Below, in pieces: positions 9,202-19,000 of a stretch of DNA of 64,000 nucleotides (position 1 is its first letter; each line of letters opens with the position of its first letter). The stretch is from the NCBI GenBank assembly GCA_051252375.1, contig JBPOFY010000005.1, positions 1 through 64,000 on the forward strand. The letters are read 5' to 3'. The notes below the pieces were generated by a model. It did no database searches. It saw only the letters and a list, made by a program, of their open reading frames with translations, and had not been told where the DNA came from. The translations under genes were made by a program, and so were the position numbers. The stretch comes from Opitutaceae bacterium (GTDB lineage: Bacteria; Verrucomicrobiota; Verrucomicrobiia; Opitutales; Coraliomargaritaceae).

Positions 9202-10350
9202 ATGGAGATGCTCACACCACAGGCGCTGCCTACTTTGCAATTAAATGAGAATGCTGCCCATGACGGGCATCCTTGGGTGCAGTCGAGCGCGTTCGTGGCA
9301 GATGCATCGGTGCCAGCGGGTAGTGCGGTGAATTTAGTGGATGCCGCTGGTCAGTCGCTGGGTAGTGGCATTTATGATCCGCGCGATCCAGTGGCGGCAT
9401 GGCGGCGTTACAGTTTTGCTGAAGGCGTGGCCTTTGATCAGAGTTATCTCGTGACCGCGATTCACGAAGCGTTGTCGCGCCGAGGCGAGGAGGGTAGCCA
9501 ACGCTTGATTCATTCTGATGCGGATTACTTACCTGGGTTGATCGTCGAGCAGTATGGGGATGTGCTCACAATTATAGCCAAAAATGCGGCCGTGGATACA
9601 CATGTGCCGTTGATCGCTGAAATACTTAAAGAAGCCTGTCACGCGCAGGAAATCGTTTTCTTAAACCATGTGCCGGAGCGCGAAGCGTTTGGACTGGAGC
9701 GAGTGATCCAAACTTTGAGCGGGAATAATTTGAAAGCTCGCTGGGTGGCGATCGATGAGGTCGCTTACCGTTTAGATTGGATGCACCCTGAGAAGCCGGG
9801 TGTCTTTCTGGATCAGCGAGAGCAACATCTGTTGGTGGGTAGTTTGTGCGAAGGGCGTTGTGTGCTGGATGCGTATTCGCATGCCGGAGGTTTTGCGCTG
9901 CATGCCTTACAGGCTGGAGCCGAGCATGTCGTGGCGGTGGATCAATCTGAAGTCTGCGTGAAAGCGATCGGAGCGAATGCTCAGAAGAACGAATGTTTCG
10001 TCGAAGCCATTGATTGCGATACAGGTGCTTTTTTGGCAGAGCGCTCTGCTGGTGATTTTGATTGTATCATCCTCGATCCGCCGTCGGTGACGGTAGCGGA
10101 TTTCGATCAATTACGCAAAATACATGTCGATGCGTTTCGCTGTTTACCCAGTGGTGGCGTGTTGGCAACGTATGCACGTTCGCCTTCGATTGCTCTAGAT
10201 CAATTTGAGCGCTTTGTTGCATCGGCTGCGGCAATCGCTGGTCGAGAAGGGCGTATTTTTGCCCGGACCGGTCAGCCCTTTGATTACCCGACATTGTTGA
10301 ATTTGCCGGAAAGCAATACTCTGAAAGGTTTAATCCTTCAGGTGGAGTGA
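9202..10350 (+). CDS. RlmI-like class I SAM-dependent methyltransferase with PUA-like N-terminus
   Basis: GHPWV, DADYLPGLIVE, FLDQR, ILDPP, C-terminal LKG. Confidence 0.8.
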   Translation: MEMLTPQALPTLQLNENAAHDGHPWVQSSAFVADASVPAGSAVNLVDAAGQSLGSGIYDPRDPVAAWRRYSFAEGVAFDQSYLVTAIHEALSRRGEEGSQRLIHSDADYLPGLIVEQYGDVLTIIAKNAAVDTHVPLIAEILKEACHAQEIVFLNHVPEREAFGLERVIQTLSGNNLKARWVAIDEVAYRLDWMHPEKPGVFLDQREQHLLVGSLCEGRCVLDAYSHAGGFALHALQAGAEHVVAVDQSEVCVKAIGANAQKNECFVEAIDCDTGAFLAERSAGDFDCIILDPPSVTVADFDQLRKIHVDAFRCLPSGGVLATYARSPSIALDQFERFVASAAAIAGREGRIFARTGQPFDYPTLLNLPESNTLKGLILQVE

Positions 10351-11598
10351 AGCACCTACCTTTTCAAGGTCTGCACCACTGGGAGCTTGGAAAACGCTGA
10401 GGCCGAACTCCGGAAGAATGGAAAATAGGTGGTCAAAGATGTCCCCTTGGATGTCCTCGAAGCTCACCCAAGCAGTGTCGTTGGTGAAGCAATAGATTTC
10501 GATTGGCAGACCTTTCTCGCTAGCTGAGAGCTGGCGCACGAGCAGAGTCATCCCTTCTTGGTGAATCTTTGGGTGGTTGCGCAGGTAGGCCACGCAATAG
10601 GCGCGAAAGGTGCCGACATTGGTGAGGCGGCGTCCGTTGATCAGCTCGTTGAGGTCTTCGCCGACGTCGGCGTTGTGTTTTTGAATATCATCGAGCTTAC
10701 GTTCTAAGTAGGGGCGTAAGATGCGGATGCGCTTAAAGCGTTCGAGTAGTGTTTCGTCGGCAAACTTCATCGTGCGCATGTCGAGAAAGATCGAACGTTT
10801 GATCCGGCGACCGCCTGATTCGCTCATGCCTCGCCAGTTCTTAAAGGAATCGGAGATCAGTGCGTAGGTCGGGATGGTGGTGACCGTTTTATCCCAGTTT
10901 TGCACTTTTACAGTGGTGAGGGATACATCGATGACTTCACCATCGGCGCCACGAGCTGGCATTTCGATCCAGTCGCCCACCATGACCATATTATTGACGG
11001 AAAGCTGGAAGCCGGCAACGAGCCCCAGGATAGCGTCCTTAAAGATCAACAGTAAGATGGCGGTGATTGCACCGAGACCGGAAAAGAAGACAAGGGGTGA
11101 TTTGCCGAGGACCGCCGAAAGGATGAAGATGATGCCGATCATATTGATGACCAGTTTCGCGGCTTGGGTGAAACTCTTGGCGGGGTAGCGTTTGCCTACT
11201 GGGCCAGATTCCCATACCGCGCGCAGAAAGTTGAGCACACCGTCGATGATAAAGAGCACGATGACGACGAGGTAGGTATTAACGATAACTCCGAAATTCG
11301 CGATGATCTCTGGGTAGTTGGCAAAGATCGTGCCCGCGTAGATATGGATGATCACTGCGGGTACGATATGGGAGAACCGGACAATGACGCGCTTCTCAAT
11401 GAGTAGGTCGTCCCATTCGATCGCGGTCTTATGGATCAAGGGATGAATGACACGCGCAATGAATGCTTTCGCTAGATAGTTCGCGAAGAGCGCCAAAAAG
11501 ATTAGAATGATGAAAGCGCTGAGGATGCCAATCATCTCAGCAATTTCGGGATTCAGGCCACGGTCCATGAACCATTGCGTAAGGGTGTCGGTTGTCAT
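10330..11598 (-). CDS. MscS-family mechanosensitive channel (YbdG-like)
   Basis: FKDAILGLVAG, GDWIEMP, VKVQNWDKT, NWRGMSESGGRRIKRS. Confidence 0.9.
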   Translation of the reverse strand: MTTDTLTQWFMDRGLNPEIAEMIGILSAFIILIFLALFANYLAKAFIARVIHPLIHKTAIEWDDLLIEKRVIVRFSHIVPAVIIHIYAGTIFANYPEIIANFGVIVNTYLVVIVLFIIDGVLNFLRAVWESGPVGKRYPAKSFTQAAKLVINMIGIIFILSAVLGKSPLVFFSGLGAITAILLLIFKDAILGLVAGFQLSVNNMVMVGDWIEMPARGADGEVIDVSLTTVKVQNWDKTVTTIPTYALISDSFKNWRGMSESGGRRIKRSIFLDMRTMKFADETLLERFKRIRILRPYLERKLDDIQKHNADVGEDLNELINGRRLTNVGTFRAYCVAYLRNHPKIHQEGMTLLVRQLSASEKGLPIEIYCFTNDTAWVSFEDIQGDIFDHLFSILPEFGLSVFQAPSGADLEKVGASLHLKD

Positions 11599-11712
11599 GT
11601 TGTCAGTGATGAGGGTAGTCTCGGGATTTTTCAATAGCTGGTTTTTAGTTAGAAAAGGTAGACAGCTCGGTTCACAGTGGCTCATAGTGTCGGAGTTCAG
11701 ATCGCTTAATCT

Positions 11713-12705
11713 ATGCCAAAGAAAAAATCCAAGCCAGCCGCCGAGGACGAAGGTCCTAAAGTGAAGAAGCTTTATACCATCAAACTCGACGATGAGCAGA
11801 TGGATAAGCTCGCAGATCTAATGGAAGAAAGCACCTCGGGCGCTTGGATCCCCTATGATGTGGCTTATACGCTTTTTGCATTTAAGGGAGAGGGCGTGAA
11901 TGTGGTGGGTTACCAGAGCGGCAAGTTGGTCGTGCAGGGGAAGAAGACAGAAGACTTTGTTCGCGACGTGGTCGAAGCGCAGATCACCGGCGACGCGCGG
12001 CTGGGCTACGACGAGGTGCACCATTCCGAATGGTATGAGTTGCATGCTGGTTGTGATGAAAGTGGCAAGGGAGACCTATTCGGACCATTAGTAACGGCGT
12101 GTGTCGTGGCTGACGGTGATATGGTGCGTGCTTGGATCGAGGCGGGTGTTTGCGATAGTAAGAAGATCACCGATAACACGATTTTGAAGCTGGATAAAGT
12201 GATTCGCCAGACCAAGGGCGTGGTGATCGCCACCGCCTTTGCGCGGATGCCGAAATACAACGAGCTCTATAAGAAGTTCGGTAATAATTTGAACAAGCTG
12301 CTGGCTTGGTATCATGGTCGCTCGCTGAACGAAGCATTGGATAAGCGTGCCGCACCGTGGGGGATACTTGATCAGTTTACCAAACAGAAGCTGGTCGATG
12401 CATACGTGAAGGAGCGCAAAGATTTTAACTTAATCAGTCGCACCAAAGCGGAAGAAGATCCGGTGGTGGCGGCGGCCTCGATTGTGGCGCGTGCGATTTA
12501 TGTGCGCGAGATGAAGCGGCTCTCCGATGAGCTCGGTGAAGAACTAGTCAAAGGTGCCAGTGGGAAAGTGTTGGAGCAGGCGAAAAAGATCGTCGACGAG
12601 AAAGGTGTGGATGCCTTGTCGGGTTTTGCCAAAATGCACTTTAAGACCGCCTACGAGGCGCAAGGTCTGGAGCCACCCGCGAAGCCTAGTTGGTATAAAT
12701 ATTAA
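11713..12705 (+). CDS. rnhC: Ribonuclease HIII
   Basis: N-terminal TBP-like domain (YQSGKLVVQGK), GCDESGKGD, VAAASIVAR, AKMHFKT. Confidence 0.9.
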   Translation: MPKKKSKPAAEDEGPKVKKLYTIKLDDEQMDKLADLMEESTSGAWIPYDVAYTLFAFKGEGVNVVGYQSGKLVVQGKKTEDFVRDVVEAQITGDARLGYDEVHHSEWYELHAGCDESGKGDLFGPLVTACVVADGDMVRAWIEAGVCDSKKITDNTILKLDKVIRQTKGVVIATAFARMPKYNELYKKFGNNLNKLLAWYHGRSLNEALDKRAAPWGILDQFTKQKLVDAYVKERKDFNLISRTKAEEDPVVAAASIVARAIYVREMKRLSDELGEELVKGASGKVLEQAKKIVDEKGVDALSGFAKMHFKTAYEAQGLEPPAKPSWYKY

Positions 12706-12730
12706 CGCTTTCGAAGCATATGTTGCGCGA

Positions 12731-12775
12731 TTGTAACGGGGTTGAAACATGACTGTAGCTGGCAGCGTGTATTTT
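12731..12775 (+). promoter_or_regulatory. Pho-box-like triple direct repeat plus -10 element
   Basis: TTGTAAC-N4-TTGAAAC-N4-CTGTAGC (11-bp period), then 10 nt, then TATTTT, 7 nt before the GTG. Confidence 0.65.
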
Positions 12776-12782
12776 AGGCGCC

Positions 12783-13949
12783 GTGAGAATTGCCTTAGTT
12801 ACTGAAACTTATCCTCCTGAAATAAATGGTGTGGCGATGACGCTGTCTCGTTTAGTCGCGGGTCTGTTACGTTTGGGGCATCACGTGCAACTGGTTCGAC
12901 CAAAGCAGAGTGCGGATACTGCGCATGCAGAGTCGGTCTCGCATGAAGAGTTGGTTCTGGTGCGTGGTGCGGCATTGCCGGGCTATGATGGTTTGCGTTT
13001 TGGCTTTCCGTCGTATCGACGACTGCGCCGTTTATGGACTCAGTGTGCGCCGGATTTTGTGCACATCGCCACGGAGGGACCTTTGGGCTGGAGTGCTTTG
13101 TTTGCTGCGCGTGCATTGGGGATTCCCGTATTGTCGAGCTATCACACAAATTTTAATTCGTATGCGCAGCACTATGGCTTCGGATTGTTGGAGGCCTGCA
13201 CCACGACTTATTTGAAAACCTTTCACAATTACACTTTGGCGACTTTTGTGCCGACCACAGTAATCCGAGAGCAACTGACGGAGCAAGGGATGAAGAGGGT
13301 TCGCGTGATGAGTCGAGGTGTGGACACCGATTTGTTTGATCCCGGCAAACGTAGCGATCCCTTACGGCAGGAATGGGGCGCCGGGACGGATGCACCTGTG
13401 GCGCTCTATGTGGGGCGTATCGCTGCCGAGAAGAATTTAGATCTGGCGATTCGTGGGTTTTACCAGATTAAAGCCGAGTGCCCTAATGCTCGCTTCGTTC
13501 TAGTGGGAGATGGCCCCTTGCGTGAGAAATTGTCGAAGCAATATCCGGATTTTATTTTCACTGGTTTCAAGATAGGGGCAGCCCTAGCGAAGTGCTATGC
13601 CACCGCAGATATTTTTCTGTTTCCTAGTATGACAGAAACCTTTGGCAATGTTTTGACTGAAGCGATGGCTAGTGGGCTGGCTTGTGTCGCATACGACTAC
13701 GCGGCGGCTAAGGAATATGCCACAGGTGGTGTGGATGCATTGTTAGCCCCGTTGGGCGATGAAGCTACCTTCCTTCAGGCGGCACGCGAGGTCGTGGTGA
13801 ATGTTGGTTTACGTGAGAGACTGCGCTCGAATGCGACTCAGTTGGCACGCTCGCTCAACTGGTCGAGTGTGGTGAATGCCTACTTGGAGGATGTAGATCT
13901 GCTGCTTCGAGATGCCCGGTTACTCTCTGAAGGATCGATATCTATTTAA
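12783..13949 (+). CDS. GT4 glycosyltransferase, Agt-like glycolipid synthase candidate
   Basis: VTETYPPEINGVA, HIATEGPLG, YHTNF, ETFGNVLTEAMASG; adjacent to a PlcP-like gene. Confidence 0.85.
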   Translation: MRIALVTETYPPEINGVAMTLSRLVAGLLRLGHHVQLVRPKQSADTAHAESVSHEELVLVRGAALPGYDGLRFGFPSYRRLRRLWTQCAPDFVHIATEGPLGWSALFAARALGIPVLSSYHTNFNSYAQHYGFGLLEACTTTYLKTFHNYTLATFVPTTVIREQLTEQGMKRVRVMSRGVDTDLFDPGKRSDPLRQEWGAGTDAPVALYVGRIAAEKNLDLAIRGFYQIKAECPNARFVLVGDGPLREKLSKQYPDFIFTGFKIGAALAKCYATADIFLFPSMTETFGNVLTEAMASGLACVAYDYAAAKEYATGGVDALLAPLGDEATFLQAAREVVVNVGLRERLRSNATQLARSLNWSSVVNAYLEDVDLLLRDARLLSEGSISI

Positions 13950-13960
13950 ACTAAAAAGTT

Positions 13961-14785
13961 ATGAAAAAGATAAAATATAGGACAATTATTCTGTCTGATG
14001 TTCACTTGGGGACGCCTCACTGTAAAGTAGATGAGGTTAACGAGTTCCTGAAATATACGCACTGTGATCGCTTGATTTTGAATGGTGATATTATTGATGC
14101 GTGGCAGTTGCGCCGTTCCGGAAAGTGGGAGACGAGTCATACCCGATTCGTGCGTCTTATTTTGAAGAAGATGGAGAAGCAGGGCACGGAGGTGATCTAC
14201 CTGCGAGGGAATCACGATGACGTGCTACGCCGCTTTATGCCGTTGGATTTTATGAATATTCAAATCCGTGAAGACTACATACATAGGACCTTGAATGGGG
14301 AGAAGTATTTGGTGCTGCATGGTGATGTTTTTGACTTAGTGACTACACATTTGAAGATACTTTCTCATGTCGGCGATTTTGGTTACCAATGGCTACTGAG
14401 GTTTAACCGTTTGTATAGCCGCTGGTGGCGTTGGCAGGGAAAGGGGAACTTCTCCTTGAGTAAGTATATCAAAGGGCGTGTGAAATCTGCGGTCAGCTTT
14501 ATCTCAAATTATGAGGAGCAGATCGTAAAGCTAGCTCGGGCGAAGAATTGCGATGGAGTTATGTGTGGGCACATCCATACACCTGATGACAAGGTGATCG
14601 ATGGAGTGCATTATCTGAACTCCGGCGATTGGGTGGAATCGATGACATCAATTGTGGAGCATCAGGATGGATCGCTGGAAGTGCTGTCGCATGAGGATTT
14701 TCAAGCACGCTTAGCGAACCATGTGATTCAAGAGGCAAGTCGGTCTCCTGAGGGTGAACGCGAGCTCGTTGCAGAGGCGGTGTAG
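13961..14785 (+). CDS. Metallophosphoesterase of the LpxH-like / PlcP phospholipase C type
   Basis: SDVHLG, GDIID, GNHD, HGD, GHIH, NSGDWVES. Confidence 0.85.
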   Translation: MKKIKYRTIILSDVHLGTPHCKVDEVNEFLKYTHCDRLILNGDIIDAWQLRRSGKWETSHTRFVRLILKKMEKQGTEVIYLRGNHDDVLRRFMPLDFMNIQIREDYIHRTLNGEKYLVLHGDVFDLVTTHLKILSHVGDFGYQWLLRFNRLYSRWWRWQGKGNFSLSKYIKGRVKSAVSFISNYEEQIVKLARAKNCDGVMCGHIHTPDDKVIDGVHYLNSGDWVESMTSIVEHQDGSLEVLSHEDFQARLANHVIQEASRSPEGERELVAEAV

Positions 14786-14942
14786 GATCCTAGCATCTAA
14801 AGGTTGAAGTGTAAGCGCGCGCTTGGGTTAATTTGCGAGTTATTTGCAAGCTTGCGCTATGATGTGCCTTTCTCGCATTGTTGGGGCTTGTGCAGGTGTA
14901 TTTTAAATAGACCTGTGTTCCTACCTCTATCTATTTATTTCT

Positions 14943-16022
14943 ATGCCACAAATTGATCTTTATTTTGAAACGATGCTGGAACACAAAGCATCTGACTTAC
15001 ACCTTTCGACGGGGAATCCGCCGATTATTCGTATAAATGGTGAATTAGAGCGTTTGGATGCGCCGAACTTAGTCAGTGATGAGCTTAAGGCGATGCTCTT
15101 GGAGATTTGCCCCGAAGATAAAGCAAAGCGATTTCTGGAAACCGGAGATGTTGATTTCGGCTATGAGTTGCCGGGCAAGGCACGTTTTAGAGCTAATTTC
15201 TTTCTTCAGAAAGAAGGGGTGGCTGCTGTTTTCAGAACGATTCCTTCCGATGTGCTTACTGCGGAGCAATTGGGCTTGCCGGAGATCTGTATGAAGTTTG
15301 CAAAGCTCAAGAAGGGCCTAGTTCTAGTCACTGGTCCAACAGGATCAGGTAAATCTACCACGCTGGCGGCGATCATTGATTATGCAAATAAAGTCCGTGC
15401 AGAGCATATCTTGACCGTGGAGGACCCGATTGAGTTTGTGCATAAAAGTCATAAGGCGCTCATCAATCACCGTGAAGTTGGTCTGCATACGGAATCTTTT
15501 GCCAGCGCGTTGCGTGGTGCATTGCGCGAAGATCCAGATATAATTTTGGTTGGGGAAATGCGCGACCTTGAAACGATCACCTTGGCGATTGAGGCTGCGG
15601 CCACGGGGCACTTGGTGTTTGGCACGTTGCACACGCCGAGCGCTTCCAAAACCATTGACCGTATCATCGATGTTTTTCCAGCTGGGCAGCAAAATCAAAT
15701 TCGGACTACGCTGTCGGAAGCGGTGAAGGGCGTGATCGCGCAGAATTTATTCAAACGCGTGGACAAGCCCGGGCGTGTCGCTGCGTTGGAAATTTTGGTG
15801 GTCGATACCCCCATTGCTAATCTCATCCGCGAAGGTAAAACTCACCAAATTCCAGGTATGCTTGAGGTCGGTAAGAAGAAGGGCAATGTGCCTTTGGATG
15901 ATGCGATTATGGCGCACTTAAAGGAGGGGCGTATTGATCCCGAAGAAGCATTTGATAAGTCGATCGACAAGAAGAAATTCTTACCCTTCCTCACGCGCGA
16001 GCCAGAGCCTTGGGAATTGTAA
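14943..16022 (+). CDS. pilT: Type IV pilus retraction ATPase
   Basis: GPTGSGKST, EDPIE, LREDPDIILVGEMRD, GTLHT, IANLIRE. Confidence 0.9.
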   Translation: MPQIDLYFETMLEHKASDLHLSTGNPPIIRINGELERLDAPNLVSDELKAMLLEICPEDKAKRFLETGDVDFGYELPGKARFRANFFLQKEGVAAVFRTIPSDVLTAEQLGLPEICMKFAKLKKGLVLVTGPTGSGKSTTLAAIIDYANKVRAEHILTVEDPIEFVHKSHKALINHREVGLHTESFASALRGALREDPDIILVGEMRDLETITLAIEAAATGHLVFGTLHTPSASKTIDRIIDVFPAGQQNQIRTTLSEAVKGVIAQNLFKRVDKPGRVAALEILVVDTPIANLIREGKTHQIPGMLEVGKKKGNVPLDDAIMAHLKEGRIDPEEAFDKSIDKKKFLPFLTREPEPWEL

Positions 16023-16085
16023 CCGATAGTTGTGGCGTAAGGACTTGAGTGGCTCGCGAAACCGAGCGGGGGTTAATCTTAACTT

Positions 16086-19000
16086 TTAATCGTTGTCGAT
16101 CGTGACCTTGCCGAAGCGTTTTTGTTCGGGTGCGGTTTGGATGGTAAAGCTGTCTGAGACGCTGACCTTTTCCCAATCGCTGTCGATGGATTCAACGCTC
16201 TCGTTGGTGTTTTCGATCCAGCCGCTCAAACTGTTACTAAACCAGTTTGCATAGTCCAACTTCATCCCGGGCACAGTCTTGCGGCGTGGGTAAGTGATTT
16301 GTAGCCGGGAGTTGTTACCTTCATTGCTCAGCTCGATTAGCGGTAGGCCCGTGGGACCGTTGACGCCGACACTGGCTAGCGGGTCGTAGTAAACGATCGA
16401 ATTGGTATTCGGGTTTAAGTTGAAACTAAACTCTAGCAACGTGTTGATGCCATCGTTGTCGCCGTCCACATCGAGGTCGGCAAGGTTGAGGCCGTTGTTG
16501 CTCAGCCAATCGATGACGTCGGCATTGCGGTCTGAGAGTGTAATTTCGACGAGATTGTCGGGGATGATCATTCCTTGAGGATTATCTAGAATGAGGTAGA
16601 AGCGTTCATCTTCTTCAAAGATGGAGTCGGCGCTCAGCGTGATTGTGAGGCTGCCTGATGTGGTGCTGGCCGTAATGTTGGCTGTGTCGGATTCTGCCAC
16701 GTAGTCGCTACCTGCGATCGCGCTGTCATTTTGAGTGCTGTAGTCAAACGAGGTGGAAGCACTTGAAGCGCTGTCGAGCGAGTAGGGGATGTTGATAATG
16801 CCTGCATCTTCAAATTCAGCAACGTTACCGGCAGAAAGTCTGGGGAATACTGTTGCGAGGCCACTGACCGTTGGTTGGAGGCACCAGCTGACGAGCGTGC
16901 CGGTGTCACCGCCTAAATCATCGTTTACGTGCAGGGTCCAAGTGCCTGTTAGGGATTCGCCATCGAACGCGCTGAGTGGATTGTTGGGTGAGTAGTGGGC
17001 ATTTGTCGTATAGGGGGAGTTGTCTTCGACGGTGAGGGCGGCTTCATCGTCTAAGATCACGATGATATTATTTTCAGAGGATCCTCCGGAGTCTTCCGGG
17101 TAGCCAGGCCAATCAACTACCATCACAGATGTGCCTGTATCCACATGCGTGAGCACCACGGTCAGGTCTCCGATCCAAGTGTGTGTGATGTTCAGTCGAA
17201 GGTCTAAGTCAGTAATCGTCCCTGTCTCACTGGTGATGAGGGTGTCCGTTACGCCATTCGAGTCGTCATCGGGAATAGCTACGTTGGGTGAAGAGCAGAT
17301 TTCTGGGAGAGCGCCGTCTGTTTGTGTTGTGAAATAGCGGTATTCACTAGTGGTCTCGCCGCAGTGGTTGATGCTGGTGACTCGCCAGTAGTAAGGTGTG
17401 TTTGCAGTAAGTGGTGAACTTATGGTCGCGGTTGTTAGGTCCGTGAGTATGCTGCTCTCAGGGCTACCGAAGGCAGGGTCGTCGTCGACCTCGAGCCTGT
17501 AGTTTGTTGCTGCGACAGCCGACCATTCAAAGCTGGGTGTGCTGCCTTCAGATGCACCTTGGCTCGGGCTGATTAAATTGACCGAATTTGGCACCCCATT
17601 TGAGATCTCTAGGGCGATAAAAGCGGAGGACTGTTGGCTGCCGCCGTTGCCTTCGATTTCGATTGGATAAGTGCCAGAGGCTGCCGAACCAGTTACAGAT
17701 ATGGTTAAGGTAGTGCTGTTGTCTGGTGTGACTGGATTCGTAGAGAAGCTGGCAGAAGTTCCTGCGGGAAGTCCGTTTGCAGATAGCGTCACCGGGGCAG
17801 TGAATGTGCCAGTGCTCGGGACGTTGATTGTGAAAATTGCATCTGCTGGGGCGCAAACAGAGTCGTTCTCAGGGGTCGACGTAACTAGGAAGCCGTCTTG
17901 GGGTGCAGAAATCGTGAAGTTCTGGTCGGAGATATCGAAGAAGATATTGCTTTCCCCCATCACACGTATCCGGGCTTGGCTGGTCTGGTTGCTTGGTAGT
18001 GTGATTTGTTGAGAACCGTCGTTAGGCGTGCTGGCAAGGATGGTGATGGGGTAGGTGAGACCACCGTCGGTAGAAAGGTCGATCGAGACATTGCTTGCAT
18101 TGATTCCGTTGCCTGTTGTGCCAGCTACGTTCCATGTGATGGTCTGCGCGCTGTATGCAGGCCAATTGACTGCAGTATTTGGCGAGGTTACAAGAAAGGG
18201 AGCGCCAGTGTTGACGACATTGATTATCATGTCGTCGGTGTCCACACCGCCACCGTTGCTGGCGTTGTCACGAACAGTTGCGCGAAAGTTCATCGTGCGC
18301 GTGGTCGTTGGCATGGTCTCGCCGCTTGGGACCGTATTGTTAACCATGTCAGATACGCGAGGGAAGGTGCGTGTGGGGTCGCTTGTTGGTGTCCATACTC
18401 TGAAGAGTGGGCTGAAGCCATTGTCTCCGGCGTTGAGGTCGAGTTGTGGACCCAGGTCACGTTGTTCCCAACTGTAAGTTAGACTGCCGTTGCCGTCTGA
18501 ATCGGAGGCGCTGGCTGTGAGGGTGAATGGCGTTTGAGCCGGTATGGTGTAGTCGTCACCAGCATTGATGGAGGGCACGGAGTTGCCTGTCGCAGTGCGT
18601 GTGCCGACTGCAGAGATCGTGCCGTCTACATGACTGAGAATCTCGTCGAGGCTGATGGAATGAAACTGCGGATCTGAATTATTTTGAAAGTCGTCGTTAC
18701 CGCAGATGCCGGCGTAGGACATTATAGTTGAGCCGCTGCCTGGTTCGTAAGCGGTGGATGCGTTGCGGTTGCCGCTACAGCTGCCACTATCGCCATTGAA
18801 GGTATGGTTCGCACCAAATTGATGCCCGATTTCATGGGCGACGTAATCAATGTAGAATGGGTCGCCGGTAGGGTTTGATAGCCCCGTTTCTCCCTCAGCT
18901 TTCTGACCGCTAATCCCGACCGAAGCAAGGTTTGCGAGCCCGCCACCATCGGTTGAGAATACGTGGCCGATGTCGTAGTTGGCGTCGCCGATTACACTGT

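Noticed and set aside
14943..16022. Orphan pilT
   Set aside because: pilT paralogues are commonly dispersed away from pilus operons
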